DNA of 64,000 nucleotides, from NCBI GenBank assembly GCA_030704615.1, contig CM060732.1, forward strand, positions 13,826,001 to 13,890,000, in the 5' to 3' direction. Shown piece by piece: positions 13,230-25,459 of this stretch (the stretch's first letter is position 1; each line of letters begins with the position of its first letter). A model generated the notes under the pieces. That model searched no databases. It was not told the DNA's origin and saw only the letters and a program-made list of their open reading frames with translations. The translations under genes were made by a program, and so were the position numbers. Source of the DNA: Takakia lepidozioides (Eukaryota; Plantae; Bryophyta).

Positions 13230-14799
13230 CGTATCCCACTTCTTTTCCGGTCGAAATGAGTCACCCTCCCGCCGGGTCTTCTTGTGGTTCAGCTCCGTAT
13301 GGCCTTGTCTTTCGCCCCTAGAGACATCCGAGAAACATTCAGCCCTCTCAATTGCCTCGTTCAAAGTCTTAGGTGGCTTCTCCTCCAACTTCCGCCTAGC
13401 CCATGGGGCCAGTCCCGCCACAAAGTTGAAGACCATTTCTGGTTCTGCTATGTCCGCGACTTCGAGCAACAACACATTGAAAGCCTGAACATATCCCCGA
13501 ATGTCATCCGTTTGCTTCAGATTCCTCATCTTTTCCCGGGCGAGCCAAGACGCGTTGAGGGGCACAAATTGTCTCTTCATCAGTTCCTTGAACCCACTCC
13601 AATTCAAGATTTATGGGTTTGGACCTCGGTTGTGAAGGCATTTCTGCCACCATTGTTGAGCATAGCCTCTCAAATAGGTGGGAGCCACTTCCACCCGATC
13701 CTCGTGACTCAACTTGGCCGCCCGGAAGTACTGCTCTAGCTCCAAGAGCCAGGTGTTGAGTGCCTTCCAATTTTGGACGCCCTCAAAGGTGCCGGGTTCC
13801 TTAGGCTTCACCTTATACTTTGCCTTAGTGGAAGTGACATTTGCCGCCTTCAATACGTCTTTCAACGTCCCGCCAAACTGCGCCAACAACCCTTCCCAAA
13901 AGGCTGCTGGCATGGGAGGCATCTGTTCGTCTGTCGGAGCTCTCAGGGATTCTTCGGGCTCCGACTCCTCAGATTCCTCCCATTCTTGAGAGGCCTCGTT
14001 TTCAAAAGCATGCATCGCTTCCTCAAATGGCCGCTTCGGTGACACGTCGCCCCCATCGGGCTCATCATCTTTCGGGCCGTTCCGCTTTCGCTTTGGCTTG
14101 CCCAACCCATGATGAGGCCAATCCCAAGGACGATCGCGTACTGAACTCTAAGCTCTGATACCAAGTGTCGCGCACCTCACTTTGGTAAGCTCCCCTTCAA
14201 GTCATAGTTACTCGCTTTGATGCGCGCGCCTAACTCCCAACCTGGCCGCCGGGCCAACTCGGAGCTTCGGCTGCTCATCGGGACATAACGGTCCCCCTTT
14301 CTTCCCCCAACAGACCCTCCACCAATTTGGGCCTAGTGGAAATTCCCTTGGTTGTTGGCAGTCCGGAATAGCTCCCCACTCCTTGGTCGCTTTTCGGCTC
14401 GATCGCTTACTCACTAGTTTTTGGTCACCAATGGGCTTGCACCGTTCTTGGGGTTACTACTCCGTATATATACTTCTGTGACTGTTCGCGGGGGTTTCAC
14501 AAACAACCATGCCATTTTATGGCGAACCACCACGAAGACCCTCGATTCCCGGTGATGAGTCGCGGTGAGTCTTGGCCCACCCACCACGGCCCCATTGGAC
14601 CGTGGTGAGTCCCAAGACTCCCCACGACTCCCACCACAAGGTCTCCGCCCCATGGTGAGTCCTATGCCACCCCCACTAAGTCCCACTAAGCTACCACCAC
14701 CCCTTGTGGTGCCACCCCCACCGCAACCCGGTGTGCGGGGCTCCACCTAGTGAGTGCCTCTACCTCCTTGAGTGCCTTGGGCACTCAAGGGTGCTTCAG

Positions 14800-14838
<39 letters not shown>

Positions 14839-14919
14839 CCTATTGCTGCCACCACCCCCACCACAGGGGCAGCCCCTCTGCGTCCCGACCCCCTACCCTC
14901 AAGGCAAAGGGCCGCGACA
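13230..14919 (-). mobile_element. Ty3/gypsy family 2: 5' LTR (14166-14919), tRNA-iMet PBS, truncated gag
   Basis: LTR TGTCGCG...CGCGACA; PBS TGGTATCAGAGC at 14152-14163; gag PKEPGTFEG..WLLELEQYF..AQQWW..FVAGL. Inserted into the 3' end of the MULE transposase. Confidence 0.9.
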
Positions 14920-16640
14920 TCCTGCTTGTCTGGTCCGATACCCCATTGCTTTCCTCCCAGAAACTAGTAGTAACGAGATTGTGCATGATGGCCCTCACAA
15001 TATCTTCTGTTGTTGCTGTCAACATGTCAACGAGATGTGCCGCCAAGGAAGCACGCCAGGAAGAGTGCACCCATTCGGCCATGTTCGTCGTCGGCGTATC
15101 CGTGTCATCCTCCAAGCTCATGTGTCCTGTTGAAGAGAATTAGAAATTGTAAAGCATTGTGGACAATGTCGAAGCACAAGTTTAAAACAATTGTGAAGTC
15201 AATATTTTTGTTACCTGTTGTATGTAGTCTCCAAACTGGCGGAATTTGTAGTGCCACCACTCAAGCAATGTTTGCAGTTCTGGCTGATCTTTCACATCCA
15301 CAGCCCCTCAAGACACCCAGCAGGCGCATATGGTTGCGAACTCGGTCTCCGCTTCCTCGATGGAAGACGCATTTTTCCATGCAAGGCACATACAAATATG
15401 ATCATGCCGGTGGCGTGACGCCACGAACCTTTTCGTGTTTTGCGTCAAACTCTGCATGAAGTGAAACCCGCAAGATCCTCCTTACCTTCCATTGGAGTCT
15501 TTGGGTCATCCCCATAGACCCTTCTCACTGCAGCCCAGTTTGCCTGGGCATTGTCAGCCATGATGCCCCTAAAATTGGGAGGAGGCAACTTCACTCTCGC
15601 CATTTGCTCATTAATTCCGCGTGACATATGCACCTCCGAATATGTGTCTTTTCCTTTCATTTTGCAGATGGCAATGGTCATCAACTTTCTGCAATGTGGG
15701 TCGTATACGTGTGCCCCCATTGTCACCCAATCGTGATTGGTAATTCGCCTGATGTGGTCGAACATGACCCAGCAATTTGAGAGGTCTCCACTGGTCATCT
15801 TGTTCACCAAATCGACACCGCTCCCTGGTCCGGACATTGACATCTTAAATATGAAGCACCTCCCCATCTCTGAGCCTTGACCAGGAAAGAAGCTGCCCTA
15901 GATGAAGTCGTAGCCGCATGTGCACTTTACTTCCAAGATGGACTGCATGTCTGATCCTCTCTCGATTCGCTTCTTGCAGCCGACAATGTGGTTCCTCACA
16001 TTGGGGCTACATACATGGGAGACAGCTTCCAACAGCTCCTTCATGTCCCCCTCGCCCAGCTTCTCTCTTGTGCTCCCGTCATCTGACATTATTTTGCCTA
16101 TTGCAATTCGATGTGCGGATGCGAGCTGTATCTGCTTTGGTTTTGCACCCGGCCTCAACCTCACCTCCTCCTTGATAATATCGTGGGCCTGTTGAAAATC
16201 GATTCAGGAATCGCCTCTAGCAACGGGGTGGTCATGCTTTCCAATGTGAATGCATGCTCTGGTGCACGCAAGACCAACGGTCCCGACGTAGTACTGTTTG
16301 GCGTTGCACACAGACATGCACGTTGGGGCTGCGTTGCAATGGGCACACTTGAACGTTCCTGGAAGAACTCTTCCTTGAGGACAAAATGGGGTCGTCGAAT
16401 TGCCAATCCAGTCTGTCTCATTCCGGGTGCTTTTGCTCGTGTAGTGGTAACATGTGCTCGAGAAACATTTCAGATGTCCAGCACACAAGACATATCTCAC
16501 ACAAACTCCATCACCCAGATTGGACGAGGAAGTTTTGGGGAGACACCATGGGTGGCCATCATGTTTCTTGTTCATTCCTGCCAGTATGCCGTCGGGGCCT
16601 GCACTCGGCGGCACTGGAGGGAACTCGTAACAACAATCAT
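14920..16640 (-). pseudogene. Mutator-like DDE transposase with N-terminal GCM/WRKY-type Zn finger
   Basis: DGHPW..CAGHLKC....C..C..C..HIGKHDHP; WVMFDH (D1), IMADNAQA (D2), CGFH (CxxH), TTNMAEWVHSSW (E); one intron at about 15140-15220. Confidence 0.8.
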
Positions 16641-16659
16641 GCTACTGCTGCATCATGCC

Positions 16660-16980
16660 AGTGGAAGTTCCCAATGCAGCAGGTATTTCGGCGCCGCAAT
16701 ACCCAATGGAGCGTGCCTCAATTCAGAGGCACGACCGGCGCAGACAAATATGGGATTCCATGGCAGCAAATGCCCAGCATTCACAAGTTCTTGGGGGTAT
16801 TTTGGCGCCGCAATACCAACCACAGCAGCGCTGAGTTTGCAGGCACGGTGGATGCAGCAAAGTTTATAGGATACAGTGAGAGCAATTGCCCAACATTCAC
16901 GTCTTGCAGGGGGGTATTTTGGCGTCGTAATACCCACCGCAGCTTGGCTAAATTCACAGTCAGAACCCAAACTGCAAACA
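16660..16980. repeat. Three degenerate ~115-bp tandem units, each centred on the 16-bp palindrome
   Basis: ggtatt(t/c)ggcgccgcaatacc-like cores at 16685, 16799 and 16916. Confidence 0.75.
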
Positions 16981-17001
16981 GGGGGATGCATTGCAGAGTA
17001 C

Positions 17002-19170
17002 CTGAACAGGACTCGCATTGTTGCTTTGTCGGCCCCCTCCTGCTCTTTGATGTATACATTGCGTTTTGCCTTTGCAACTTCTCTGAAAAACAGGTTTGGG
17101 AAGCGCCTTCGCCAGGACTGCACGTAGTTCTCCCTTGTCTCCGGTTTCATCCAATCGATCTGCAACTTGAAAGTGGTGATGTTGCAATCCAATTGCTCCT
17201 GGGCGTGGGTCAGTACCTACAACATTGCAGGTCTCCGAAACAATCATGAATTTGAAATTGCGATGAAGTCCAATAGACACAAGAAGAGGACATTATACCT
17301 GATGCCACCAAGTCATGACATTCAGCCAGTCGTTCATTTTGTCGTTAGTTGGCTCGATGGGAAAGTGGTACAGCAGCTTCGTGTTTGTATGGCCAGTCCA
17401 GATTTGCAGCCACTTTGTCTACATGTTCTAACATCGGTCAGAGAAAAGAACCTCACAGAGGAATCGCGAGAAGGCACAAAACAAGAACAAACACATGCTA
17501 ATCTTCTCCGCCGGGTCAACACATGACACTGCAATATGATGAAGTTTCTCCATGGACATTTCCGGTTTGATGGGTTTGGAGTAGTGCAGTCCTATCTCCG
17601 CCAAGAACTTGGTGCCAAGGCCAGGTTCAGCGATTGCTACTTGCTTCACAAGTTTTGACCTGTACTTGGTCCGTGATTGTCTGCCTGCCTGCACAATGTG
17701 ACTCTCTATGGACGCGTCCGCCTTGCTGGGGGCATCACTCTCAAAGAACTTCCTTTTGGCATAGGCCAAGTCATCCCTAATGTTTGTCTGCAGTCCCATA
17801 CCCAGCGGATATAGTCAGGCCAATGCTCCCAACAACAAATTGCATTACATCGGGAAAATTGAGATGAACCTCACCGCATAGAGGATTTCGACCATGGCGT
17901 CTTGTGTGGGTCGGTACCAGGTGCGATCCGCTTTCGCCTGGGACTTCCTGTACAGCTCGGGATCGAGGTATTTTTGGAAGTCCGTCAATGGTGTTGTGCC
18001 TACATCTTGCACTCTGTAGAGCGTATGTGCCAGGTGAGTTTCCACTTGAAGGCCTTTTCTATTACCCTGCCACAGAAGAAAACAAAGGAATCACATGACA
18101 ATATGACATCAGAAAAACCCAATTTCATAACAACAATCCAATTTCCATTACATATTGTGGCTGACAGTCAAGCACATTGTCTATTTCGGCGCCGCAATAG
18201 GCACAACACAAGGATGTACTATATACTTACTGATTTATATCCACCATGGCACCCTTCAGCAGGCCTCTGTCCCTCACGTCCACCTTCACGACAATGCAAT
18301 CCACCATGTAATGCCAATTGATATCTTCTGGATGCATTTCAGCAATGTACTCTGTCCAGGCAAGCATCCTATGGTTCTCGTCCCAGATGAAGAACATCTT
18401 CCCTGCCATGTGTGCGAATGTGGGATTACTCTTCAGAGAGGCTTCAAATGCGGCATTTATAGTGTGCCAGTGGAGGCTCCAATTCTGAAGCTCCTCTGTA
18501 GTGGGGCCCCTTGTGACATCCTGGTCATTCTCTATGGAGACGTACAAGCTCCCCCAGGCTCTGATCTCCTGGGAAGTCCTCAAGTCGCACCACGTTGTCG
18601 TCCTCAGCTTCGGTCAGCTCAATGGGCCGGCCTTGTGCAGATCCAAGTCCGACATCTTCAACGGCCTCCACCGCATCCATGTCTTTGGGAACTCCCTGCA
18701 AACCCATAATCTCGGCTTTGAGTCTCCCAATGGGTTTGACAGGCGAAGCCATGGGCTCCTTCTGCTTCCTCTGCTTCCAGACTCTATGTGGGCTTTTCTG
18801 GGGCGATTTCTGAGGTGTCATGTGAGGAGTCGCCTGCCTGGATGCAGTTCCTGCTTGCGAACGCAGCACATGGGCAGGAGTCTCCAAAGTTGACTGCGTT
18901 GCATCGACCCCCTGCGATCCCTCCCCAGCTCCCATGTTAAACAAACAGGAAAACATGGCAGACTGCACGCAAAAAAAAAGGTGTAAAAGGAAGAGTGCGT
19001 ATGGACGGCTTCACATCCGTGAAACATGAAGCTCTCACTGGTGGGCGATCTGAGTCTCCGGAGAACGAGGTCTGCATCTCTTGCATGAGGCGGAGCTTCA
19101 GTCGTGTCGTCGGCGCCTTCCCAAAGTTCTGTGTCCTCATTCTCTGCGCCGGAGTCGCCTGATCTTCCAC
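17002..19170 (-). pseudogene. Multi-exon ParB/Srx-domain protein gene (5' half)
   Basis: KMFFIWDENHRMLAW matches the ParB/Srx DGNHR motif with G>E. GT-AG introns at about 18229-18068, about 17875-17790 and others. The last exon ends VLFR at the donor at 17001. Confidence 0.65.
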
Positions 19171-20143
19171 AAACTCAAGGCTAATACTATGTTGTATAAG
19201 GAGAGGAAATGCAAAAGAATGTCACCGCAGAAGGGGGAAGGAGCGAGAGAGCAAAGCGGTGGAACATGCAACGAGTGTGCACGAGCAGATGCGGAAACAA
19301 CCACGTCTCCCCAAGCGTTGCCACTCTCCACCACTTTCCGCCGTATGGGCAGTGAAGAGATTGCGACCCCTGACATGTACAGACGGATGAAGTCGCCTGG
19401 AACGTGACGCGTGTCTGTTGCGGACACCAGCAGACAACGCTTTATCCGAATTGCGGCGCCGAAATACCGTTTCGTCCACAGGATTCTGTACCCAGATCAG
19501 CCGGCATTGAAGGCACTATCCGCACATCATCAAACCCAACTGCCGATTGACATGACATTCAACAGTAAGGTGGGCATATTTCATTCAGGCACAGTTGAAT
19601 TTCGGCGCCGAAATTCATCCTCTGCAAGTGCTTTCATCCCCAAAAATTTGAATTTCGGTGCCGAAATTCATCGCTTGCCTACTCATCCGTCAAGAGCACA
19701 CATGTCAGTTGGATTTCGGTACCGGAATTCATTCCGGAACAGGGGACAGTCCTGCACTTGGGCACAATTCATCCATATTTTGGCGCCAAAATTCATTAAC
19801 AAAAACTCCATCCGGGAGCAAAAGGGGGCAATCATCCATATTTTGGCACCGAAATACATCCATCGCCCACACATCCGCACCATGCTACACTTTCGCGGCA
19901 ACATTGTCCCCTACGGTTTCTGCACATGCCAGTTCACTTTGCCATGTCCGGACGATTAAGCCCAATTTCGGCGCCAAAATTAATCAAAATTAGAGTTTAT
20001 GTGGCGCAACGTGCTATACGGAAAAGTGCCACTTCAGGGATACGCTCAGTTTCCAATCCAAACAAAGGTTCTGAATGCAATTAATGTTTCCCTTACTTTA
20101 GAAAAAACATGTTGCGTGCAATGGATAACATTCGTGATTGCAG

Positions 20144-22397
20144 GTACATAAATTTTTCTCTCATTCCATCCGGAGCCATTCAAAGGGTTCCACCATTCTT
20201 CCTAGCATGGAGGATACCTGGAGGACGTGGTACGATGTACACATAAGTCATGGCGAAGGAGTGACATGCCGAGCATTTGGTGGACTGTCCCTGGTATGTG
20301 GATCTCCCAAGTGGGACCGTTGACCTGTCGGAGGTTAACTTGAAGAAGGAAGCAAATGCCCGGGCTATCAAGGCGCATTTGGATCCCTAACCAAAGGACG
20401 CGGCAAAACTGAAAGCAGAGGAGGCCGCAAAGCATAAAGTACTAAAAAAGTCGGCCAAGGCGACAGTGTTGGCCAAGGACCAGATGGAGAAGCAGGAAGT
20501 TGAGTAGCCCAAGGAGAAGAGGAAAAGAACGTGCAAACAGGGGCAAGAGACGAAGAGTCCCACACCCAAGAAGAAGAAGCAGCAACATACTCAGCCAGAG
20601 GACGAGGATTCCGACGACGATTTCCAGCAGGATAACACCCAGGCAAGAGAAAACGAGATTGAAGAAGGCGATGGAGGCCCACCAGGGGAAGGGGAAGAGG
20701 AAGGCCACTGGCAATGAAGGACACTCCTGGCTACACAAAGATGATGGGGTATTTTTTGGCGATGAGCCATGGTAAGAAGAGCACAGTCGGGGGCAGGACG
20801 GTGAAAGCATGATCCTTGTGGATATCCCGGATGGGTAGGAGATAGTGGGACTGGGCTCAGTCCCGTGGTGGAACAAGTACGACAAAAGAAACTGGAGCCA
20901 CACATTTGGGTTCGCGGCCAATATGTTGGACGACGACGGCTGTATTGTTGTGCTAGCAGCCGATGGAGACGTCACTGCGAATGATGTCAAAGTATGGACG
21001 GAAAAAAGTGCAGCACCCATCCTGAAGAAGATCTAGACTTGCATCAATACGTAGGGTGTAGTATTCAACGAGGGTTACAAGGTATGTTGCGCTTTTCCTC
21101 TCTTCTACCAATTTCGGCGCCAAAATTGCTCATGTACGTGTCGACGACCTCTGACTTTTTGCCTTCCTTGTTTGCAGACTTTTATCTTTCAGGCATTCTG
21201 CTTCGTGAAGGAACATTCGAAATTCAAATTATGTCCAGCAGGCCGACTTGTTGACTCCACAGTTGATCCAGTGGAGTATAACGTCATCTTCAACCATGTG
21301 GGAGAGAAGGACATGCCATGCGACTTGGCGGGCAAGCCTTGGAGGTATGGCAGGACCAGGAGTCCTGCATTCATCCAGACGCTCATGGAAACATACATGG
21401 ATGTTGAAGGCAGGGTCCTCAACGTCACTGCAAATACAGGTCAGACCATCTTGAAATTGCGGCACCGAAATTGATGCGTCTGCCGATTGTATTCGTGCGT
21501 GAGGAAGCGAGTCTTTCTGGTATTGACATTAGCTTTGGTTCCCTCGTATCCATTCGCAGGTCCGTGTATGTGGGCGGGGAGGGTGTCCAACCAATTTGTG
21601 TTCTCATTTGAGGGGATACGGCCTTGTACGATTTCAATTTGGCGGGCCTGCAGCGTCTGCCTCCAATTGAGCAGCCGAACAACGCAAAACAGGAGGTGGA
21701 AGGTGAGGAAGAGGAAGTGCAGGAAATTCGTCCGATTTCGAGACGCCCGAAGCCGCTTCCTGCAATGCCTGTCTTCGAGTGAGTTGCACCATCGTAAGTG
21801 TATTGGTTTCGGTTGTAGGGACCATGCAACCTGCAGATGATTCCATGTTTGATTATTCTCATCTGCTTGATTGTTTTGTTGTGCATGCACTCAGCCTTGC
21901 AGAGTCGTCCGACGAGGAAATGGTGGGAGACTTGCCCGAATTGGACCCGGTTGCAGAGGAGGAGACGGAATTGCATCGGCCATTCTTTGCCAGAAAAATG
22001 TTTCTTGCAAGTCCCCAGAAGCCCTTTTTTTCTACCATCCTATGCAGACACGGCTGCTAGAGAAGCCATCGGGAGGGAGGAGAGGCCTAATCAGTTCGAG
22101 CAGTTGATATTCGAGAAGGAGCAGAGAATTATAATGAGGCATGAGGCCAAACATGGAATTGTGAAAGGCAGAGTAGGCAAGTTCGTCATAGAATCCGCGT
22201 CTGAGAGTGAGGGGGATAATGAGGACAGTTCCGTACCTAGGTGGATAGTTCCAGCTGGTGAGGATGGTATTTTTGAGGGGAGGGCTGCTGAGAGTAACAG
22301 CGGTCGCAGTAGCAAAGGATCGGAGGCAGGTGAAGGGCAGCCTTCCTTGCATGAGGCCGATGATGCATTGGATAGTGATCACGGATCCTCGCCATAG
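20144..22397 (+). pseudogene. Multi-exon beta-class N4-cytosine/N6-adenine DNA methyltransferase-like gene
   Basis: Motif IV-like MILVDIPDG (about 20810); F.FA..MLDDDGCIVVL; RSPAFIQTLMETY..EGRVLNVTANTG|PCMWAGRVSNQFVFSFEG (motifs X-I-II, beta order); introns at about 21082-21177, 21440-21559 and 21779-21893. Contains stops and frameshifts. Confidence 0.7.
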
Positions 22398-22949
22398 TAC
22401 AGTCTCATTTCGATCCTTCTGTTGTACAGTTCTTAATCCCTTAATGAATAAAAATGGCAACTTTGGAAATCATTGTGTTCAGACTCTGCATGTCACATTC
22501 CCAACATCTTCAATATAATACTACAAGCAAAAGAAATATAAAGTAAAGTAAAGTAACGTACAAGTAATATATGCACAGCACAAAAGGGTGCACTTGATGC
22601 CTTGAAAAGACGGTTCTTTATCCCATTCGACTTTGGTATTTCGACGCCGGAATACCACGGCGCAAAATGGAAGTTTGGTATCCCACCAGAACGCAATCCG
22701 GTGGGACCATGCTGTTTTCATCCTCATGTGCTATTTCGGCGCCGCAATAGGCACGTTCGAGGCACGAAATGGAATGGTGTGGTGGGAAATTTGTCGATAT
22801 TACGAGTTCTCCATTTTGAGAAGGTCGGATGCACATTCCAAATGAATGCCCACACAATGGGTTTTTTATTGATCCACATGAGTTGCATGTGAAGCATGTT
22901 AACTGCACTGATGGTTCATGCAAATCTAAAGCATTCTGAATGAAATCCA

Positions 22950-23687
22950 CTAAGTGAACGGAACTTCGACTGGTCTAAAGACGAGCTCATGAGTCATGGG
23001 GCTCCTCCAGGTAAACTGGATTGCAGCTGTTGTCGCGCCCCTGTTCAAGTTGACCACAATGTCGTGCCCTTCAATCAAACCACCATGGAATAGCTTTACT
23101 GTGGGCCCGCAGTCTCCATGTGTTTTGTCCTCCATCCCAATGCAAATGTCCCCATACATCGGATAAGAGGAGCGGAGTCATTCAGGAGTATACGTCTCTT
23201 GGATGGAGTTCTCCCAGGTCCACTGGCAGCAGTTCCACCGCCAAAGCATAGCCGTGCGTACTCTGCACGGCTGCCCACTGAATGTGGGAAAATTGGAGTC
23301 AAGGATGTGCAGGAGCCACGGACTGGACAAACCAAAATCCTCATCCCACTCGAAAGCGTAGTAGCCTGGCAAATACTCCAGTGCTATCAATGATTCCCGC
23401 TTCGCCCCAGAATCGTCTGTGATATGTCTCAGCCAAATAAGGACGTTTCCCGATTTCGGCGTAAACAGTTCATAATCCAAGCTTCCATAAGGGCAGTCGT
23501 CCTGGTTCCGGAAGCACGACATCCTTGCAAAGGAGGGGCGTAGGTGGTCTGTAGTGTTGAACCATAATGACGTCGCACAGTCCACCCAAGATATTTGAAC
23601 CTCCCCCTCAGGGCGGATGAGCACTGGCGGTTCCAACAATGGAGCCACTGGAACAAAGGTGCCACCTGGCCGCCTGTCATCCCGCAA
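22950..23687 (-). pseudogene. Orphan ~245-codon cargo ORF with one internal stop
   Basis: ORFs 23178-23687 and 22950-23159 are in the same frame, separated by one TGA. Confidence 0.45.
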
Positions 23688-24074
23688 CCTCTATATCCCG
23701 CAACGTCTATATCCCGCTCCCGCCGGATGAAAATCAGCGCGTCAATGCGATCCGCGTGTCAAGGTGGATAATGAATTTGTAAATTAGTATTCCGGCTCAA
23801 GAACTCGATAAGATACGTACGAAGTATACCCCCACTAGTTTGCCAATTTCAGTGCCGAAATAGGCCGGTCTAACATTGCTATTTCGGCGCCAAAATTGAG
23901 TAGTCCGAGTTGGCTATCCCGACTCCGCCGGCGTCATGCAGTTTTCATCGGGCAACGTGCTATTTCGGCGCCGCAATAGGCAGGTTGGAGCCGGGACGCC
24001 GGTGGTTGTAGCACGATTTCTTCCCGTAATGTCGTGGCACCTTCTCTGTCTAGCCCCTTGGTGGAGGCTAAACA

Positions 24075-24882
24075 TTGTTCAAACAGTCAGCTTGGATCGG
24101 CTGTGTGGATAGCCGTTGCCGGCCAATGGGGGCACGTATGCTCATAGCCCCAGAACGAGAGAACAGAGGCTGTTCCGCATTGGGTTTTCAATGTTTGCAT
24201 CTCCGTGTTGAAACACCGAGAGTGATTACTTGTCCATCTCCATTCCCGGTGGGCGCACACTTCCGAAATGCAGCCCTGTGAAAATGCCACCTGCATTCGA
24301 CGGAGCGGGATTCGAGGTTCGCAATTGTGTGAGCCGGAGATGGGAGACATTATGGTGGAGTTGGAGTTCACTGAAGGTACACGCAGGGTGACGAGTTTCC
24401 GAGCACTTTTGTGGGATTCTGTTTGGGTGAGGCCTGGCAGTTGACAACAGTGGATATTTGTTGTGCGAGATAGACCTGCAAGACGAAATGTCTCTTCATC
24501 ATGATGTTGCGGCGAGTTCTTGAGACCTTACTACCATAACTATACTGCACCTCCACAGTATTTGCTCCCGGATAGGGCTCTTGAGTTGCTCAATCACTCT
24601 TCTGGGCCAGGGAATATGTTGTTGACACTAAGGGAGAATCGGAACAGGTTTGTTCTGGATGTTTGTGCATTTCACGACGCTGTGGAGGAGCTCCCACCTG
24701 GCCTCCAATATCTGCATGTTTTCACGAACCTGACCTCTATAGATATCTTGTATCTTCATGTGCGCCATCTGAATCCAAAAAACGACAATGCGCAGTGGAC
24801 GACTACCGCGCCACTCCTAATTCTCGACCTGTGGTTCAACGAGTCCGTGGTTCGTGTTGTGGATATCAACGTAGCAGCATAG
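24075..24882 (+). pseudogene. Possible second orphan cargo ORF, broken
   Basis: Protein-like pieces 24075-24281 and 24520-24882, divergent from the previous ORF. Confidence 0.25.
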
Positions 24883-25459
24883 ATCAATGAAGGCTCCACA
24901 TAAAGGGTAATTGTTAAGGATCATTGTGGGGGGTGATTGGAGGACACAAGGTCCGGGATATGGTAGTTTCGGAGGTTTCTTATGGAATCCATTTGGCTGC
25001 ATTGGTCCATTTCTGAGGATGGAAGTTCGGAGTTGTTGCTGTACAAAATAAAAACATGGATTTGCTGATGTTTGTATTTCGAGCGTGTATGGCAATTTTC
25101 TGGCATGTCAATGTGGGGTTGATGTTGTGTTGAGTGGGGTCTGCAAGTTCAAGTGTCTTCTGACCCTAAACATGTTACCCTAGCAGTACAATGGCTTGTG
25201 AGGGCTACAAGTTTGTGTCTCTTTCCTGTCCTGCACAATGTTTTTCAGTCGTGACGGGGAATAACGGTGCCGAAATACCTCATTCCGCATCCGCATCCAG
25301 AAGAAAAAGAACCTATTACCGAGGTTTGAGGACCTAATACAGTCAATAAAGGCACGAAAATTCCAATTCCGCGGATGCCCGCTCATGAGCTCATGAGCTC
25401 ATGGGCTCATGGGCTCATGGGCTCATGGGCTCATGGGCTCATGAAATAGTAAACCTCCA

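Larger units (their letters stand above)
14920..25459. mobile_element. MULE-like DNA transposon copy 2 with ParB-like, N4/N6-MTase-like and orphan cargo
   Basis: Transposase plus a right terminus shared with copy 1; palindrome motif throughout; left end displaced by nested LTR elements. Confidence 0.75.

Noticed and set aside
14800-14834. Poly-C run giving poly-Pro ORFs
   Set aside because: Sister LTRs have only a few C here, so this is a homopolymer expansion or sequencing artefact.
19590-19985. Palindromic repeats with spacers resembling a CRISPR array
   Set aside because: The repeat is only 16-22 bp, spacing is irregular, there are no cas genes, and the context is a eukaryotic TE.
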